This document shows positions 38,079 through 46,997 of a stretch of 64,000 bases of DNA, in pieces. Origin of the DNA: an uncultured Gemmatimonadales bacterium (GTDB lineage Bacteria; Gemmatimonadota; Gemmatimonadetes; Gemmatimonadales; GWC2-71-9); contig CAVYSW010000003.1 in the NCBI GenBank assembly GCA_963771275.1, positions 672,001-736,000 of the forward strand, in the 5' to 3' direction. The notes under the pieces were generated by a model. The model searched no databases. It was not told the DNA's origin and was given only the letters and a program-made list of their open reading frames with translations. Position numbers and translations under genes: made by a program. Position 1 is the first letter of the stretch. Each line of letters begins with the position of its first letter.

Positions 38079-38273
38079 GTGGCTGAGCGGAAGGCGCTGC
38101 TGATTCGGATCGATCCCCGGGTTCACGAGGCACTCGAGCGGTGGGCCCGGGACGAGTTGCGGAGCGTGAACGCGCAGGTCGAGTTCGCGCTGCGGAGCGC
38201 GCTGCAGCGGGCGGGGAAGCTCCCGGCCGAGCGGACGGACGGACGGACGGTAGGCGAGGGATCGCCGGGCTGA
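38079..38273 (+). CDS. Arc-like ribbon-helix-helix DNA-binding protein
   Basis: RKALLIRIDP...WARDELRSVNAQVE. Confidence 0.85.
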   Translation: MAERKALLIRIDPRVHEALERWARDELRSVNAQVEFALRSALQRAGKLPAERTDGRTVGEGSPG

Positions 38274-38344
38274 TGCCCCGCATCCCGGGAACGAGAGCGG
38301 CCCCGGGGCGGGGCGCGAACGCGGAGTACGACTCGGAGAACGAC

Positions 38345-39250
38345 ATGGAGCACGCCCTCACGCTGGACCGGGTGACCAAGGCCTTCGGGGACCTGCGGGC
38401 GGTGGACGAGATCTCGCTCGCCGTGCCCCGCGGCACGATCTACGGCTTCCTCGGCCCGAACGGCGCCGGGAAGACCACGGCCCTCCGGATGATCATGAGC
38501 ATCCTCTACCCCGACGCGGGGACCATCGAGGTGCTCGGCCACCAGAACCCGGAGGCGGTGAAGGACCGCCTCGGGTACCTGCCCGAGGAAAAGGGCCTGT
38601 ACAAGAAGATGAAGACGGCTGAGCTGGTCACCTACTTCGGCCGGCTGAAGGGCCTGCCCGCCGCCGTGGCCAATCGCCGGGCGCGGGACATGCTCGGCCG
38701 CTTCGGGCTCGGCGACTGGACCGACAAGAAGTGCGAAACACTCTCGAAGGGAATGAGCCAGAAAGTGCAGATCCTCGCCACGCTGATCCACGAGCCCGAG
38801 CTGGTGATCCTCGACGAGCCGTTCTCGGGGCTCGACCCGGTGAACGTGGACGTCGTACGGGACCTGATCCTCGAGATGAAGCGGGACGGCCGCACGGTGA
38901 TCTTCTCCACCCACGTGATGGAGCAGGCCGAGAAGATCTGCGATGCAATCCTGCTCATCGACCGTGGCCGGAAGGTGCTCGACGGCCCGCTCGCCGAGGT
39001 GAAATCAGGTGGTCCCCGGACGATCGTGCTGGATTATGACGGCGACGGGAGCGTGCTGCGCTCGCTGCCTCGGGTGGCCCGTGTCAACGACTCCGGCAAG
39101 CAAGCCGAGCTGACACTCGCGGACGGCGCCGATCCGCAGGAGGTGCTGCGCCTGCTGGTCGGTCGCCTCATCATTCGCCGGTTCGACACCCGCGAGCCGT
39201 CACTCCACGAGATCTTCGTCCGGGCGGTGGGAGGGCACAGCGATGCGTAA
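38345..39250 (+). CDS. ABC transporter ATP-binding protein (NatA/YhaQ-like)
   Basis: GPNGAGKTT, LSKGM, ILDEPFSGLDP. Confidence 0.95.
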   Translation: MEHALTLDRVTKAFGDLRAVDEISLAVPRGTIYGFLGPNGAGKTTALRMIMSILYPDAGTIEVLGHQNPEAVKDRLGYLPEEKGLYKKMKTAELVTYFGRLKGLPAAVANRRARDMLGRFGLGDWTDKKCETLSKGMSQKVQILATLIHEPELVILDEPFSGLDPVNVDVVRDLILEMKRDGRTVIFSTHVMEQAEKICDAILLIDRGRKVLDGPLAEVKSGGPRTIVLDYDGDGSVLRSLPRVARVNDSGKQAELTLADGADPQEVLRLLVGRLIIRRFDTREPSLHEIFVRAVGGHSDA

Positions 39251-40535
39251 GCTGTGGCTCGTCGCCCAGCGCGAGTTCCTCGAGAACGTGCGCACCAAGA
39301 GCTTCTGGATCGGGATCCTCATCTTCCCGTTGATCCTGACGCTCAGCGTCGTCATGCCGGCCGTGCTGGAGAAGACGCGGAAGGCGCGCCAATTCGCGGT
39401 GCTGGACCGCTCGGGTTGGGTGCTCGACGCCGTCCGGCCGCAGCTCGCCGGGGCGGAGCGGCGGTTCACCCTCGTCGAGACGACGCTCGCTCCCGACGCT
39501 CCCGCCGCCGAGGACAGCCTCAATCGGCGCGTGCGCGACGAGGAGCTCTTCGCCTACTTCATCATCGGCCCGGACCCGGTCGGGGGGAGCGCCGGGTCAC
39601 AGTACCTCTCGCGCAACCTCACCGACAGCGACCTGCGCGAGTGGTTCGGCGGGGCGGTCACGGCCGCGGTCCGGGCGCGACGGCTGGAACGGGAGCACAT
39701 CGACTCGGCGGTGGCCGCGTGGATCCAGGACCCGCTCCGCTTCGCGGTGCGCAAGGTGAGCGGCGCGGGCGAGGCAGAGGAGGTGACGGCGCGGGATCGT
39801 CTGCGGCAATGGGCACCGCTGGTGTTCGTCTACCTCCTCTGGGTGGCGGTATTCTCGATCTCCCAGATGTTGCTCACCAACACCGTAGAGGAGAAGTCCA
39901 ACCGCATCATCGAGGTGCTGCTTTCGTCGGTCTCGCCGGTCCAGCTGATGGCGGGCAAGATCGTGGGCATTGCGCAGACGGGCTTCACTATCATCACCGC
40001 GTGGATCGTGGCCTTCTTCGCGATCACGAAGTTCGTACCCGGATGGCTGGGGGTACCGACCACCATCGATCTCTCCGTGCTGACGAACGACCCGGTCTAC
40101 CTGACGTCATTCGTCGCGTACTTCCTGCTCGGTTATCTCCTGTTCGCCGCGATGCTCGTGGGGATCGGCGCGGTGTGCAACACCCTGAAGGAAGCGCAGA
40201 ATCTGATGGGGCCTATCACGATCCTGCTGGTGCTCCCGCTGCTCGCGATGGTGCCCATCGGGAGGGATCCCAACGGCACCCTGGCGCAGGTGCTGTCGTT
40301 CATCCCGCCGTTCACGCCGTTCGTGATGATGAACCGGGCGGCGGGGCCGCCGGCACTCTGGGAATACGTCGCGACCACCGCGCTGCTGCTGGTGTCGATC
40401 GCGCTCGCCCTGTGGGCGGCGGCCAAGGTGTTCCGCATTGGCGTGCTGCTCACCGGCAAGCCCCCCAAGCTGGGGCAGATCCTGCGGTGGATCCGCGCGC
40501 CGGTGGGGACGGTGGTGGTGCGGCGGGAACGCTAG
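39243..40535 (+). CDS. ABC-2 type permease (NatB/YhaP-like)
   Basis: EEKSNRIIEVLLSS, LMAGKIVG; 1+5 TM layout. Confidence 0.92.
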   Translation: MRKLWLVAQREFLENVRTKSFWIGILIFPLILTLSVVMPAVLEKTRKARQFAVLDRSGWVLDAVRPQLAGAERRFTLVETTLAPDAPAAEDSLNRRVRDEELFAYFIIGPDPVGGSAGSQYLSRNLTDSDLREWFGGAVTAAVRARRLEREHIDSAVAAWIQDPLRFAVRKVSGAGEAEEVTARDRLRQWAPLVFVYLLWVAVFSISQMLLTNTVEEKSNRIIEVLLSSVSPVQLMAGKIVGIAQTGFTIITAWIVAFFAITKFVPGWLGVPTTIDLSVLTNDPVYLTSFVAYFLLGYLLFAAMLVGIGAVCNTLKEAQNLMGPITILLVLPLLAMVPIGRDPNGTLAQVLSFIPPFTPFVMMNRAAGPPALWEYVATTALLLVSIALALWAAAKVFRIGVLLTGKPPKLGQILRWIRAPVGTVVVRRER

Positions 40536-40540
40536 CCCCA

Positions 40541-40581
40541 CGCCGGAGGCTCCGCGGAGCCGCGCCGCGCAGGCCTCCGGC
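40541..40581. terminator. Hairpin between convergent genes
   Basis: CGCCGGAGGC...GCCTCCGGCG 10-bp arms fill the intergenic gap; no U tract. Confidence 0.45.
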
Positions 40582-40582
40582 G

Positions 40583-41059
40583 CTAGCCCCCGCGCTGATA
40601 CGTGCCCACCAGCTCCGCCTGGGCGAGGATGTGCCCCCTCATCGCCGCCTCGAGCTTCGGCTTGATGGGCCGCCCGAGATCTCCGAGCGTGACGTCCAGC
40701 GCGTAGAGTTTGTGGAAGTACCGGTGGCGGCCGATCGGGGGGCACGGCCCGCCGTACCCGGTCCGCTTCCAGTCGTTCGTGCCCTCGCGGGTTCCCGCAG
40801 GCAGGTCCCCGGGCTTCACCGCCTCGGCGAGGCCCGTGGCGCCGGGCGGGATGTCGTACAGCAGCCAGTGCACCCACGTCATGCGCGGCGCTTTGGGGTC
40901 CGGCGCGTCGGGGTCATCCACGATGAGGGCGAGGCTCCTCGTGCGGGGCGGCACGCCGCTCCAGGCGAGGGGCGGCGACCGATCGTCGCCGTCGCACGTG
41001 TACTGCCGGGGAATGGCCCCGCCGGGGAAGAACGCGGGTGACGAAATCGTGAGGGACAA
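40583..41059 (-). CDS. YbhB/YbcL family (PEBP/Raf kinase inhibitor-like) protein
   Basis: DDPDAP, WVHW, GGPCPP, HRYFHKLYALD; TTG start after GGAGG. Confidence 0.93.
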   Translation of the reverse strand: MSLTISSPAFFPGGAIPRQYTCDGDDRSPPLAWSGVPPRTRSLALIVDDPDAPDPKAPRMTWVHWLLYDIPPGATGLAEAVKPGDLPAGTREGTNDWKRTGYGGPCPPIGRHRYFHKLYALDVTLGDLGRPIKPKLEAAMRGHILAQAELVGTYQRGG

Positions 41060-41073
41060 TGGGACCCTCCAGT

Positions 41074-41099
41074 TGAAACCCGAGGCGGCTACCTTCGTA
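41074..41099 (+). promoter_or_regulatory. ECF promoter TGAAAC-N16-CGTA
   Basis: Exact match to the SigW-type consensus, about 80 bp upstream of ORF 41180. Confidence 0.55.
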
Positions 41100-41179
41100 T
41101 TCAAACTTACGGCCCGTCGGCGCCCGGGCCAGGCACCCCAGGTGGCGGCCAAACCGGAGTTACGCCCAAGGACCAAGCC

Positions 41180-41704
41180 ATGCGACCGATGACGATCGCC
41201 CTCCCCTCGATTGCCCTCGCCCTGTTCGCCGGGGCGGCTCAGGCCCAGGACGCCCCGAAGGGCTGGGCGTTTGGAGCCACCGGCTACGCCGTATACTGGA
41301 CCGACTCCGGCGCGCCGTTCGACGCGTTCGGCGGGCCCGCGCTGCAGGTCAGCCGTCTCACGCCGCGCGGGCTGGGGTTCGATTTCCGGGGTGGCTACAT
41401 CCTGTCAGCCGGGTTCTACGACATGACCGGCGCGTCCGGGACACTCGGCCTGTCCTACGGCGTCCCGGCCGGCGCCCATCTCGTCCAACTCAAGGCTGGA
41501 GCCGCCGGCTTCCTGGGCGGTGACAGTGATGGCAGCGTGCTGGGAGGCGGCGGGCCGTACGCCGGCGCGGCCGCCACACTCAGGATCGCCGGCAGGTTCG
41601 GCATCCAGGTCGAGGGATTGGCACGATACTACAAGACCGGCGATGGCTGGATCTTCGGGCCCAGCGCCGCGGTGGGACTGATGTTCCTCCCGAGAGGGCG
41701 GTGA
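41180..41704 (+). CDS. Hypothetical small outer-membrane beta-barrel protein
   Basis: Signal peptide AQA-Q; Gly/aromatic alternating strands. Confidence 0.65.
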   Translation: MRPMTIALPSIALALFAGAAQAQDAPKGWAFGATGYAVYWTDSGAPFDAFGGPALQVSRLTPRGLGFDFRGGYILSAGFYDMTGASGTLGLSYGVPAGAHLVQLKAGAAGFLGGDSDGSVLGGGGPYAGAAATLRIAGRFGIQVEGLARYYKTGDGWIFGPSAAVGLMFLPRGR

Positions 41705-41832
41705 GCCGGCGACGGGGAAACGGGAAGAACGGCCTCGCGTCTCCCCGTTTCCTTCTTCTTGCTCCCCCCGTCGAACTTCCCCGCCAACGTCCCACCGTGT
41801 ACAATCGCTCGTCTCCTCAACCCGAGTCCCGA

Positions 41833-44571
41833 ATGAGCGCTCCCTCTGTGCGCATCCTCGTCTTGCTGGCGCTTGTCGCCGCGTCCGGCGTCCCCGCCGC
41901 CGCGCAGCAGCCGGCGTTCGACTTCTACGCGCGCGGGCCGTACCGGCCCGAGGTACCGCGGCCCGACAGCCTGCTGGGCTACGCGCCCGGCGCACGGCAG
42001 ACCCAATACGCCCAGCAGCAGGGCGTGCTCGACCGGCTGGTTGCCGCCTCCGCCGGTCGCGCGGCGTTCGAGACGATCGGCACGACCGAGGAAGGCCGCG
42101 TGATGCGGGTCGTGCTGATCTCGTCACCCACGAACCTCACGCGCCGCGACGCGATTCGGGCAGACCTCGCGCGCCTCGCCGATCCGGACAACACCGGCGC
42201 CGCGGAGGCGGGCGCCATCGCGGCGCGGACGCCAGCCGTCGTGTTCCTGTCCTACTCGATTCACGGCAACGAGCCGGGCGGGTTCGAGGCGGCCATGTGG
42301 GTCGCCTACCAGCTGATTGCGTCGGAGGAGCCGGCCACGCGCATGGTGCTCGACAGCGTGCTGGTGATCCTCAACCCATCGGCCAATCCGGACGGTCACG
42401 AGCGGTTCGCCACGTGGTACAACGCGACGGTGACGGGAGACGGCGCGGACGATCCGGCGAGCTACGAGTGGAACGAGCCGTGGAGCATCATGGGGCGCGT
42501 CAACCACTATCGGTTCGACATGAACCGCGACCTGATCGCCGTGTCCCAGGCGCCAACACGGGCGATGCTGGCGGCGATCCAGCGCTGGCATCCCCAGGTG
42601 TTCGTGGATCTCCACAGCACGACCGAGCAGTACTTCTTCCCGCCGTTCGCGGAGCCGGTGAACACGAATATCCCGGCGGCTTCGCTCAAGTGGATCGAGG
42701 TGTTCGGCCGCGGCAATGCCCAGGCGTTCGACCGCTACGGCTGGCAGTACTTCACGCGCGACCGGTTCGACGGGTTCTACGTCGGCTATTTCGACGCGGC
42801 GCCCACCGCCGCGGGCGCCACCGGCATGACGTACGAGACCGACGGCGGCAAGGCGTTCAAGCGCCGCCGGGACGACGGCACGATCATCACGTTCCGCGAC
42901 GGCATTGCGCATCACTTCGTGGCGTCGCTTGCGACCGCGGAGACGGCGGCCCTGCACCGCGGCCCCCGGCTCGCCGACTTCGCCGAGTTCTACCGCAGCG
43001 CCGTCAGCGACGCGCGCGCCGCCCGGATGAAGCGGATCGTCGTGCTGCCCGACGACGATCCCACCAACGCCGCCCGGCTGGCCACCATCCTGCTGCGCTA
43101 CGGCGTCACCGTCCGGCGACTCACCACGCCGTACACCACGGCCGCCGCCCATGCGTACCTCGGCCCTGCCGCGGCGCAGCGCCGGACGTTCCCCGGCGGC
43201 GCGCTGGTGGTGGACCTGGCGCAGCCGCAAGGGCGGATGGCGCGCGCGCTGCTCGAGCCCGACGCGGACGTCCCCGAGGCGTTCCGCCAGCGCGAGCTCG
43301 CGAAGTACCGGCGCAACGTCCGCCGCGGCGACGGCGAGACCGAAGGCTACGATTTCTACGATGTCACGGCGTGGTCGCTGCCGTACGCGATGGGCCTCGA
43401 CGCCTGGTGGACCGAGGACGCGGCGCCGGTGACCGGTGACGTGCTCACCATGGCCGACACCGATCCCGTGCGCGCGCTCGCCCCGGCGGGTGGCGCCAGC
43501 GGGCGGGCGGGATCGGCCTACGTGTTCCGCAACGACCGGCAGGCAGCCGCCGTGCTCGCGCTCGCGCTGCTCAAGGAGGGATTCGTGCTCAACGCGAGCA
43601 CCGAGCCGCTCCGGGCGGACGGCGCGACGTACCCCCGCGGGACCTTCGTGGCGCGGGTCACCCGCAATGCCGCGTCGCTCCACGAGCGGATCGCGGCGCT
43701 GGCGCGCGAGACCGGCGTCCTGGTTACCGCCGTGCAGTCCGCGTTTCCCGATTCGGGCCCGATCGGCGTGGGCTCCGAGGAAGTGCGACCCGTATTCCGC
43801 CCCCGCGTGCTGGTGGCGGCGGGCGACGGCGTGGCGCTATCCGGGTACGGCGAGTCGTGGTACTTCCTCGAGCGCGAGCTCGACTGCCCGTTCGTCCCCG
43901 TGGCGCTCGCGACGATCGGACGGATGCGGACGCTGTCCGACTACAACGTCCTGATCGTCCCGGGCGGGTCCGCGGCGGCAGTTCGCCAACAGCTCGGCAC
44001 GGGCGGCATCGACCGGCTCAAGGCGTGGGTGCGGGACGGCGGCGTGCTGATCACGTGGGGTGGCGCCGCGCTGTTCCTCTCGGCGGAAGGCGTCGACCTC
44101 AGCACCGTGAAGCGGCTCGGCGAGCCCGAGAAGGGCGCGGCGGAAAAGAAGAAAGGGGACACGCTGCCGGCCGACACGACGCTCACGCCCCCCCTGGCCT
44201 CACCGTCGGTGGACACGAGCGCGGTCGAGAGCATCCCCGGCGCGATCTTCCGCGCCGCGCTCGACCAGAGCCACTGGCTCACGTTCGGCTACGAGCGGAA
44301 GGAGCTGCCCGTCCCGATGGCGGGTGGGACGTTCCTCACGCCGTCCAAGTCGGGCGCCAACCCCGTCGCCTTCGTGGCGGACTCGTCCCGCCTCGCAGGC
44401 TTCGTCTGGCCCAACACGCAGCGCCTGCTCAAGGGCACGGTGTGGGCGGCCGTCGAGAGCCAGGGACGCGGGAGCGTCGTGCTGTTCGCGGACGATCCCC
44501 TGTTCCGGGCGTTCTGGCGCGGCACGGCGCGACTGGTGACGAATGCGATGCTGTTCGGGACCGGGAAGTGA
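41833..44571 (+). CDS. M14 family zinc carboxypeptidase with C-terminal GATase-like domain
   Basis: Signal peptide, SIHGNE, NPDG, DMNRD, DLH, TYET. Confidence 0.93.
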   Translation: MSAPSVRILVLLALVAASGVPAAAQQPAFDFYARGPYRPEVPRPDSLLGYAPGARQTQYAQQQGVLDRLVAASAGRAAFETIGTTEEGRVMRVVLISSPTNLTRRDAIRADLARLADPDNTGAAEAGAIAARTPAVVFLSYSIHGNEPGGFEAAMWVAYQLIASEEPATRMVLDSVLVILNPSANPDGHERFATWYNATVTGDGADDPASYEWNEPWSIMGRVNHYRFDMNRDLIAVSQAPTRAMLAAIQRWHPQVFVDLHSTTEQYFFPPFAEPVNTNIPAASLKWIEVFGRGNAQAFDRYGWQYFTRDRFDGFYVGYFDAAPTAAGATGMTYETDGGKAFKRRRDDGTIITFRDGIAHHFVASLATAETAALHRGPRLADFAEFYRSAVSDARAARMKRIVVLPDDDPTNAARLATILLRYGVTVRRLTTPYTTAAAHAYLGPAAAQRRTFPGGALVVDLAQPQGRMARALLEPDADVPEAFRQRELAKYRRNVRRGDGETEGYDFYDVTAWSLPYAMGLDAWWTEDAAPVTGDVLTMADTDPVRALAPAGGASGRAGSAYVFRNDRQAAAVLALALLKEGFVLNASTEPLRADGATYPRGTFVARVTRNAASLHERIAALARETGVLVTAVQSAFPDSGPIGVGSEEVRPVFRPRVLVAAGDGVALSGYGESWYFLERELDCPFVPVALATIGRMRTLSDYNVLIVPGGSAAAVRQQLGTGGIDRLKAWVRDGGVLITWGGAALFLSAEGVDLSTVKRLGEPEKGAAEKKKGDTLPADTTLTPPLASPSVDTSAVESIPGAIFRAALDQSHWLTFGYERKELPVPMAGGTFLTPSKSGANPVAFVADSSRLAGFVWPNTQRLLKGTVWAAVESQGRGSVVLFADDPLFRAFWRGTARLVTNAMLFGTGK

Positions 44572-44582
44572 CGGTGAGCGGG

Positions 44583-44666
44583 GTGGGAAGTGAAGAGTGA
44601 ACAGTGAGAAGTGAAAAGAGGCTCCATGCCGGACCTTCTTTTCACTTTTCACTTTTCACTTTTCAC
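44583..44666. repeat. Heptamer palindromic element E2: 5 left units, (TTTTCAC)4
   Basis: GTGGGAA GTGAAGA GTGAACA GTGAGAA GTGAAAA, 21-nt core, then TTTTCAC x4. Confidence 0.92.
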
Positions 44667-44677
44667 TACCGGTCAGC

Positions 44678-45658
44678 TCACCGCTCTTCCCAGAACGCCC
44701 CCCGCTCGCGCTCCGGCACGGTCGCCGAGACCTCCGTCTTGCGCTTGTTGCGCATGATCTCGATGCGGATCTGGTCGCCCGGCTCGTAGGACCGCAGGAT
44801 CCTGACCGCGTGTGACGAGCTCGTCGGCACCCGGCCGCCGATCCGGAGGATCACGTCGCCGCTCTTGAGACCGAGGAGGGAGTCTTTCGGGGCGCGCACG
44901 ACCAGCAGCCCCTCGGTCGTCCCGAAGTAGCTCCCCAGGTCGGCGTCGAGACTCGTCAGCTCCATGTCCGACCAGCGATCGCCGGAGCCCACGGTGATGA
45001 ACACGCTTCCAAGCGGGCCCTCCTGCATCCTCAGCAGGGACCCGCGCGCCTGAAGCAGGGACCCGCGCGCCTGGTCGAGTGCGACCTTGTACGACCCCGT
45101 CAGCGTGCTGTCCGGCAGGTTGAAGCTGTAGGCGTAGCCGAAGTCGCTCATCTTGCGGGGAACGATCACCGCGTTCCTGGTCTCCTTGCCGCGCCGGTAC
45201 TGCACGCGGATCGAGTCACCCTCCTTTGCCTTGCGGACCAGCTCGAGCAGCCGGTTACCCGGTGCCTGATCGCCTTTCGTGACCGCGAGGCGCTCGTCAT
45301 TCAGCTTGATGATGATGTCTCCCGCCCGCAGTCCGGCGTTGTCGGCCGGGCCGTCGGGGGTCACCGCCTGCAGCGTCGCCCCGATCGAGTCGGTGGCGGG
45401 GCTGCGCTCGGTCTGGAGGATCACGCCCAGGCGTGGCCGGTCACCGCCCGCGAGCGTAAACGCCATCGCCTCCGGCAGGGCCATCCTCAACCGCGTTGCC
45501 TCCGCCACGCCCAGCTTGCGCTGGATGTCGCGCATCTCCACTTCCAGTTGGCGCAGCCGTTGCTGCAGCTCGAGCCGCTGCTGCTCCGTCATCTGTTGCG
45601 CGCTCGCGCTGCCGGTGATCAGCAGCAGGCCGAGCGCGGCCAGCATGAACCGCTTCAT
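44678..45658 (-). CDS. Secreted coiled-coil plus double-PDZ protein without a protease domain
   Basis: Signal peptide, Gln/Leu coiled coil, RPRLGV...GPADNAGLRAGDII, GLKSGDVIL. Confidence 0.85.
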   Translation of the reverse strand: MKRFMLAALGLLLITGSASAQQMTEQQRLELQQRLRQLEVEMRDIQRKLGVAEATRLRMALPEAMAFTLAGGDRPRLGVILQTERSPATDSIGATLQAVTPDGPADNAGLRAGDIIIKLNDERLAVTKGDQAPGNRLLELVRKAKEGDSIRVQYRRGKETRNAVIVPRKMSDFGYAYSFNLPDSTLTGSYKVALDQARGSLLQARGSLLRMQEGPLGSVFITVGSGDRWSDMELTSLDADLGSYFGTTEGLLVVRAPKDSLLGLKSGDVILRIGGRVPTSSSHAVRILRSYEPGDQIRIEIMRNKRKTEVSATVPERERGAFWEER

Positions 45659-45688
45659 GTGCTCCAGCTCCTTCCGTTTCCAGTCGGG

Positions 45689-46297
45689 CTAAAACCCGAC
45701 GTAAGACACCCTGGTGACGTGCGCGTTCACGAGCGCGTCCATCAGCTCCACTCGATTGCGCCACAGTCCCACGAGATCGCCCGATGTGTCGCCGCGGGTG
45801 TTCTCCTGCACGATCCCGGCGTCCACCAGCGCGATCCGGTCTTCGAGATCCGCGATGACGCCCGCCGCCCGCGCGTTGAGCACCCGGCCATCCGGCCCGT
45901 AGGAGCGGAGCGCGGCCTCCAGCTGCTGCGACTGACTCATCAGGGTCGCGAGCTCGGCCGCCGTGGCGGGCGCGCCCGGCGACGCGCTCCCCGCTCCGGT
46001 AACGAGCGCCCGCCCTCCGACCGCGAGCACGATCCCCGCCGCGACCGCCAACGCGCCCCATACCGCGCGCCGCACGCGCGCGGCGCGGCGCTCGCGCTCG
46101 GCCGCGGCCCGGACCTCCGGCCAGCGGTCCCGCGGCGGCCGCCGCGCCCCCAGCGCCCGCAGCGCCGCGACGCGGCGGTGCAGCAGATCGAGCTCGTGCT
46201 GGCAGCTCGGGCACTCGTCCAAGTGCCCGCGGGCCCACACCGAGCCCTCGCCATCCCGGACGGCGACCAGCTCAGCCATCGTGCAATGTTTGCGCAT
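45689..46297 (-). CDS. Zinc-binding (ZAS/zf-HC2) transmembrane anti-sigma factor
   Basis: HC...HLDECPSC, single TM, directly downstream of the ECF sigma gene. Confidence 0.82.
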   Translation of the reverse strand: MRKHCTMAELVAVRDGEGSVWARGHLDECPSCQHELDLLHRRVAALRALGARRPPRDRWPEVRAAAERERRAARVRRAVWGALAVAAGIVLAVGGRALVTGAGSASPGAPATAAELATLMSQSQQLEAALRSYGPDGRVLNARAAGVIADLEDRIALVDAGIVQENTRGDTSGDLVGLWRNRVELMDALVNAHVTRVSYVGF

Positions 46298-46301
46298 CTG
46301 C

Positions 46302-46838
46302 CTACTCCCCGCCGAGCCACCCGCGCAGACGCAGGTGCGCCCGCGCGAGCTGCGATTTCGAGAAGCTGACCGTCTTCCCCATCATCTCGGCGATATCCTC
46401 GTGTGTGTACCCCTCCACGTCGTGCAGCCAGACCACCGCCCGTGACGTCTCCGGCAGCCGCGTGAGCGCCGCCTCGAGGTCCAGCTGCAACCCCACATCG
46501 GCCACCGGCGAGCCGGCAACCGCGCCGTCCTCGGGCAGCTCGTCCGCGTCGCGGTAGCGCTCCCGCCGAATCCGCATCAGCGCCTTGCTCGCCGCGATCC
46601 GCTTGACCCATGCCGTGAGACTCCCAGGACCGGTGCCGCGAAACCCCCGGATGCTGCGGCACACCTCCAGGAACGTCTCCTGGAGCACGTCCTCGGCGTC
46701 CTCTTCCGCCCGGCAGATCCGGCGGGCACCTGTGTACACCATGCCTTCGTAGGCCCGGTACACGCGCTCCAAGGCGTCCAGATCGCCGCTCTTCGCCCGC
46801 TCGATTGCGATGTCGTCGAGGACGCCGCTCACCGCCAT
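46302..46838 (-). CDS. ECF RNA polymerase sigma factor
   Basis: DAEDVLQETF, AWVKRIA, LHDVEGYTHEDIA, SKSQLARA. Confidence 0.94.
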   Translation of the reverse strand: MAVSGVLDDIAIERAKSGDLDALERVYRAYEGMVYTGARRICRAEEDAEDVLQETFLEVCRSIRGFRGTGPGSLTAWVKRIAASKALMRIRRERYRDADELPEDGAVAGSPVADVGLQLDLEAALTRLPETSRAVVWLHDVEGYTHEDIAEMMGKTVSFSKSQLARAHLRLRGWLGGE

Positions 46839-46867
46839 GTCCGCTCGCGTGTCACGGTCACAGAGAT

Positions 46868-46895
46868 AGATGCGGGAACGGGGAGGAGGGTCGCA
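46868..46895 (-). promoter_or_regulatory. Putative autoregulated ECF promoter TGCGAC-N16-GCATCT
   Basis: 30 bp upstream of the sigma start; same layout as 20659-20686. Confidence 0.5.
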
Positions 46896-46900
46896 AGGGA

Positions 46901-46977
46901 GTGAAACGTGAGAAGTGAAAAGCAAGAAAAAAGGGGCCGTCGGCAGACCGGGCCCCAGTTCACTTTTCACGTTTCAC
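46901..46977. repeat. Heptamer palindromic element E3 enclosing the leuS terminator
   Basis: GTGAAAC GTGAGAA GTGAAAA ... AGTTCAC TTTTCAC GTTTCAC. Confidence 0.88.
46924..46956 (-). terminator. Intrinsic terminator downstream of leuS
   Basis: Minus strand GGGGCC-CGGTCTGCCGAC-GGCCCC-TTTTTTCTT. Confidence 0.75.
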
Positions 46978-46997
46978 TCTGGCTCCCCGCGGCTCCC

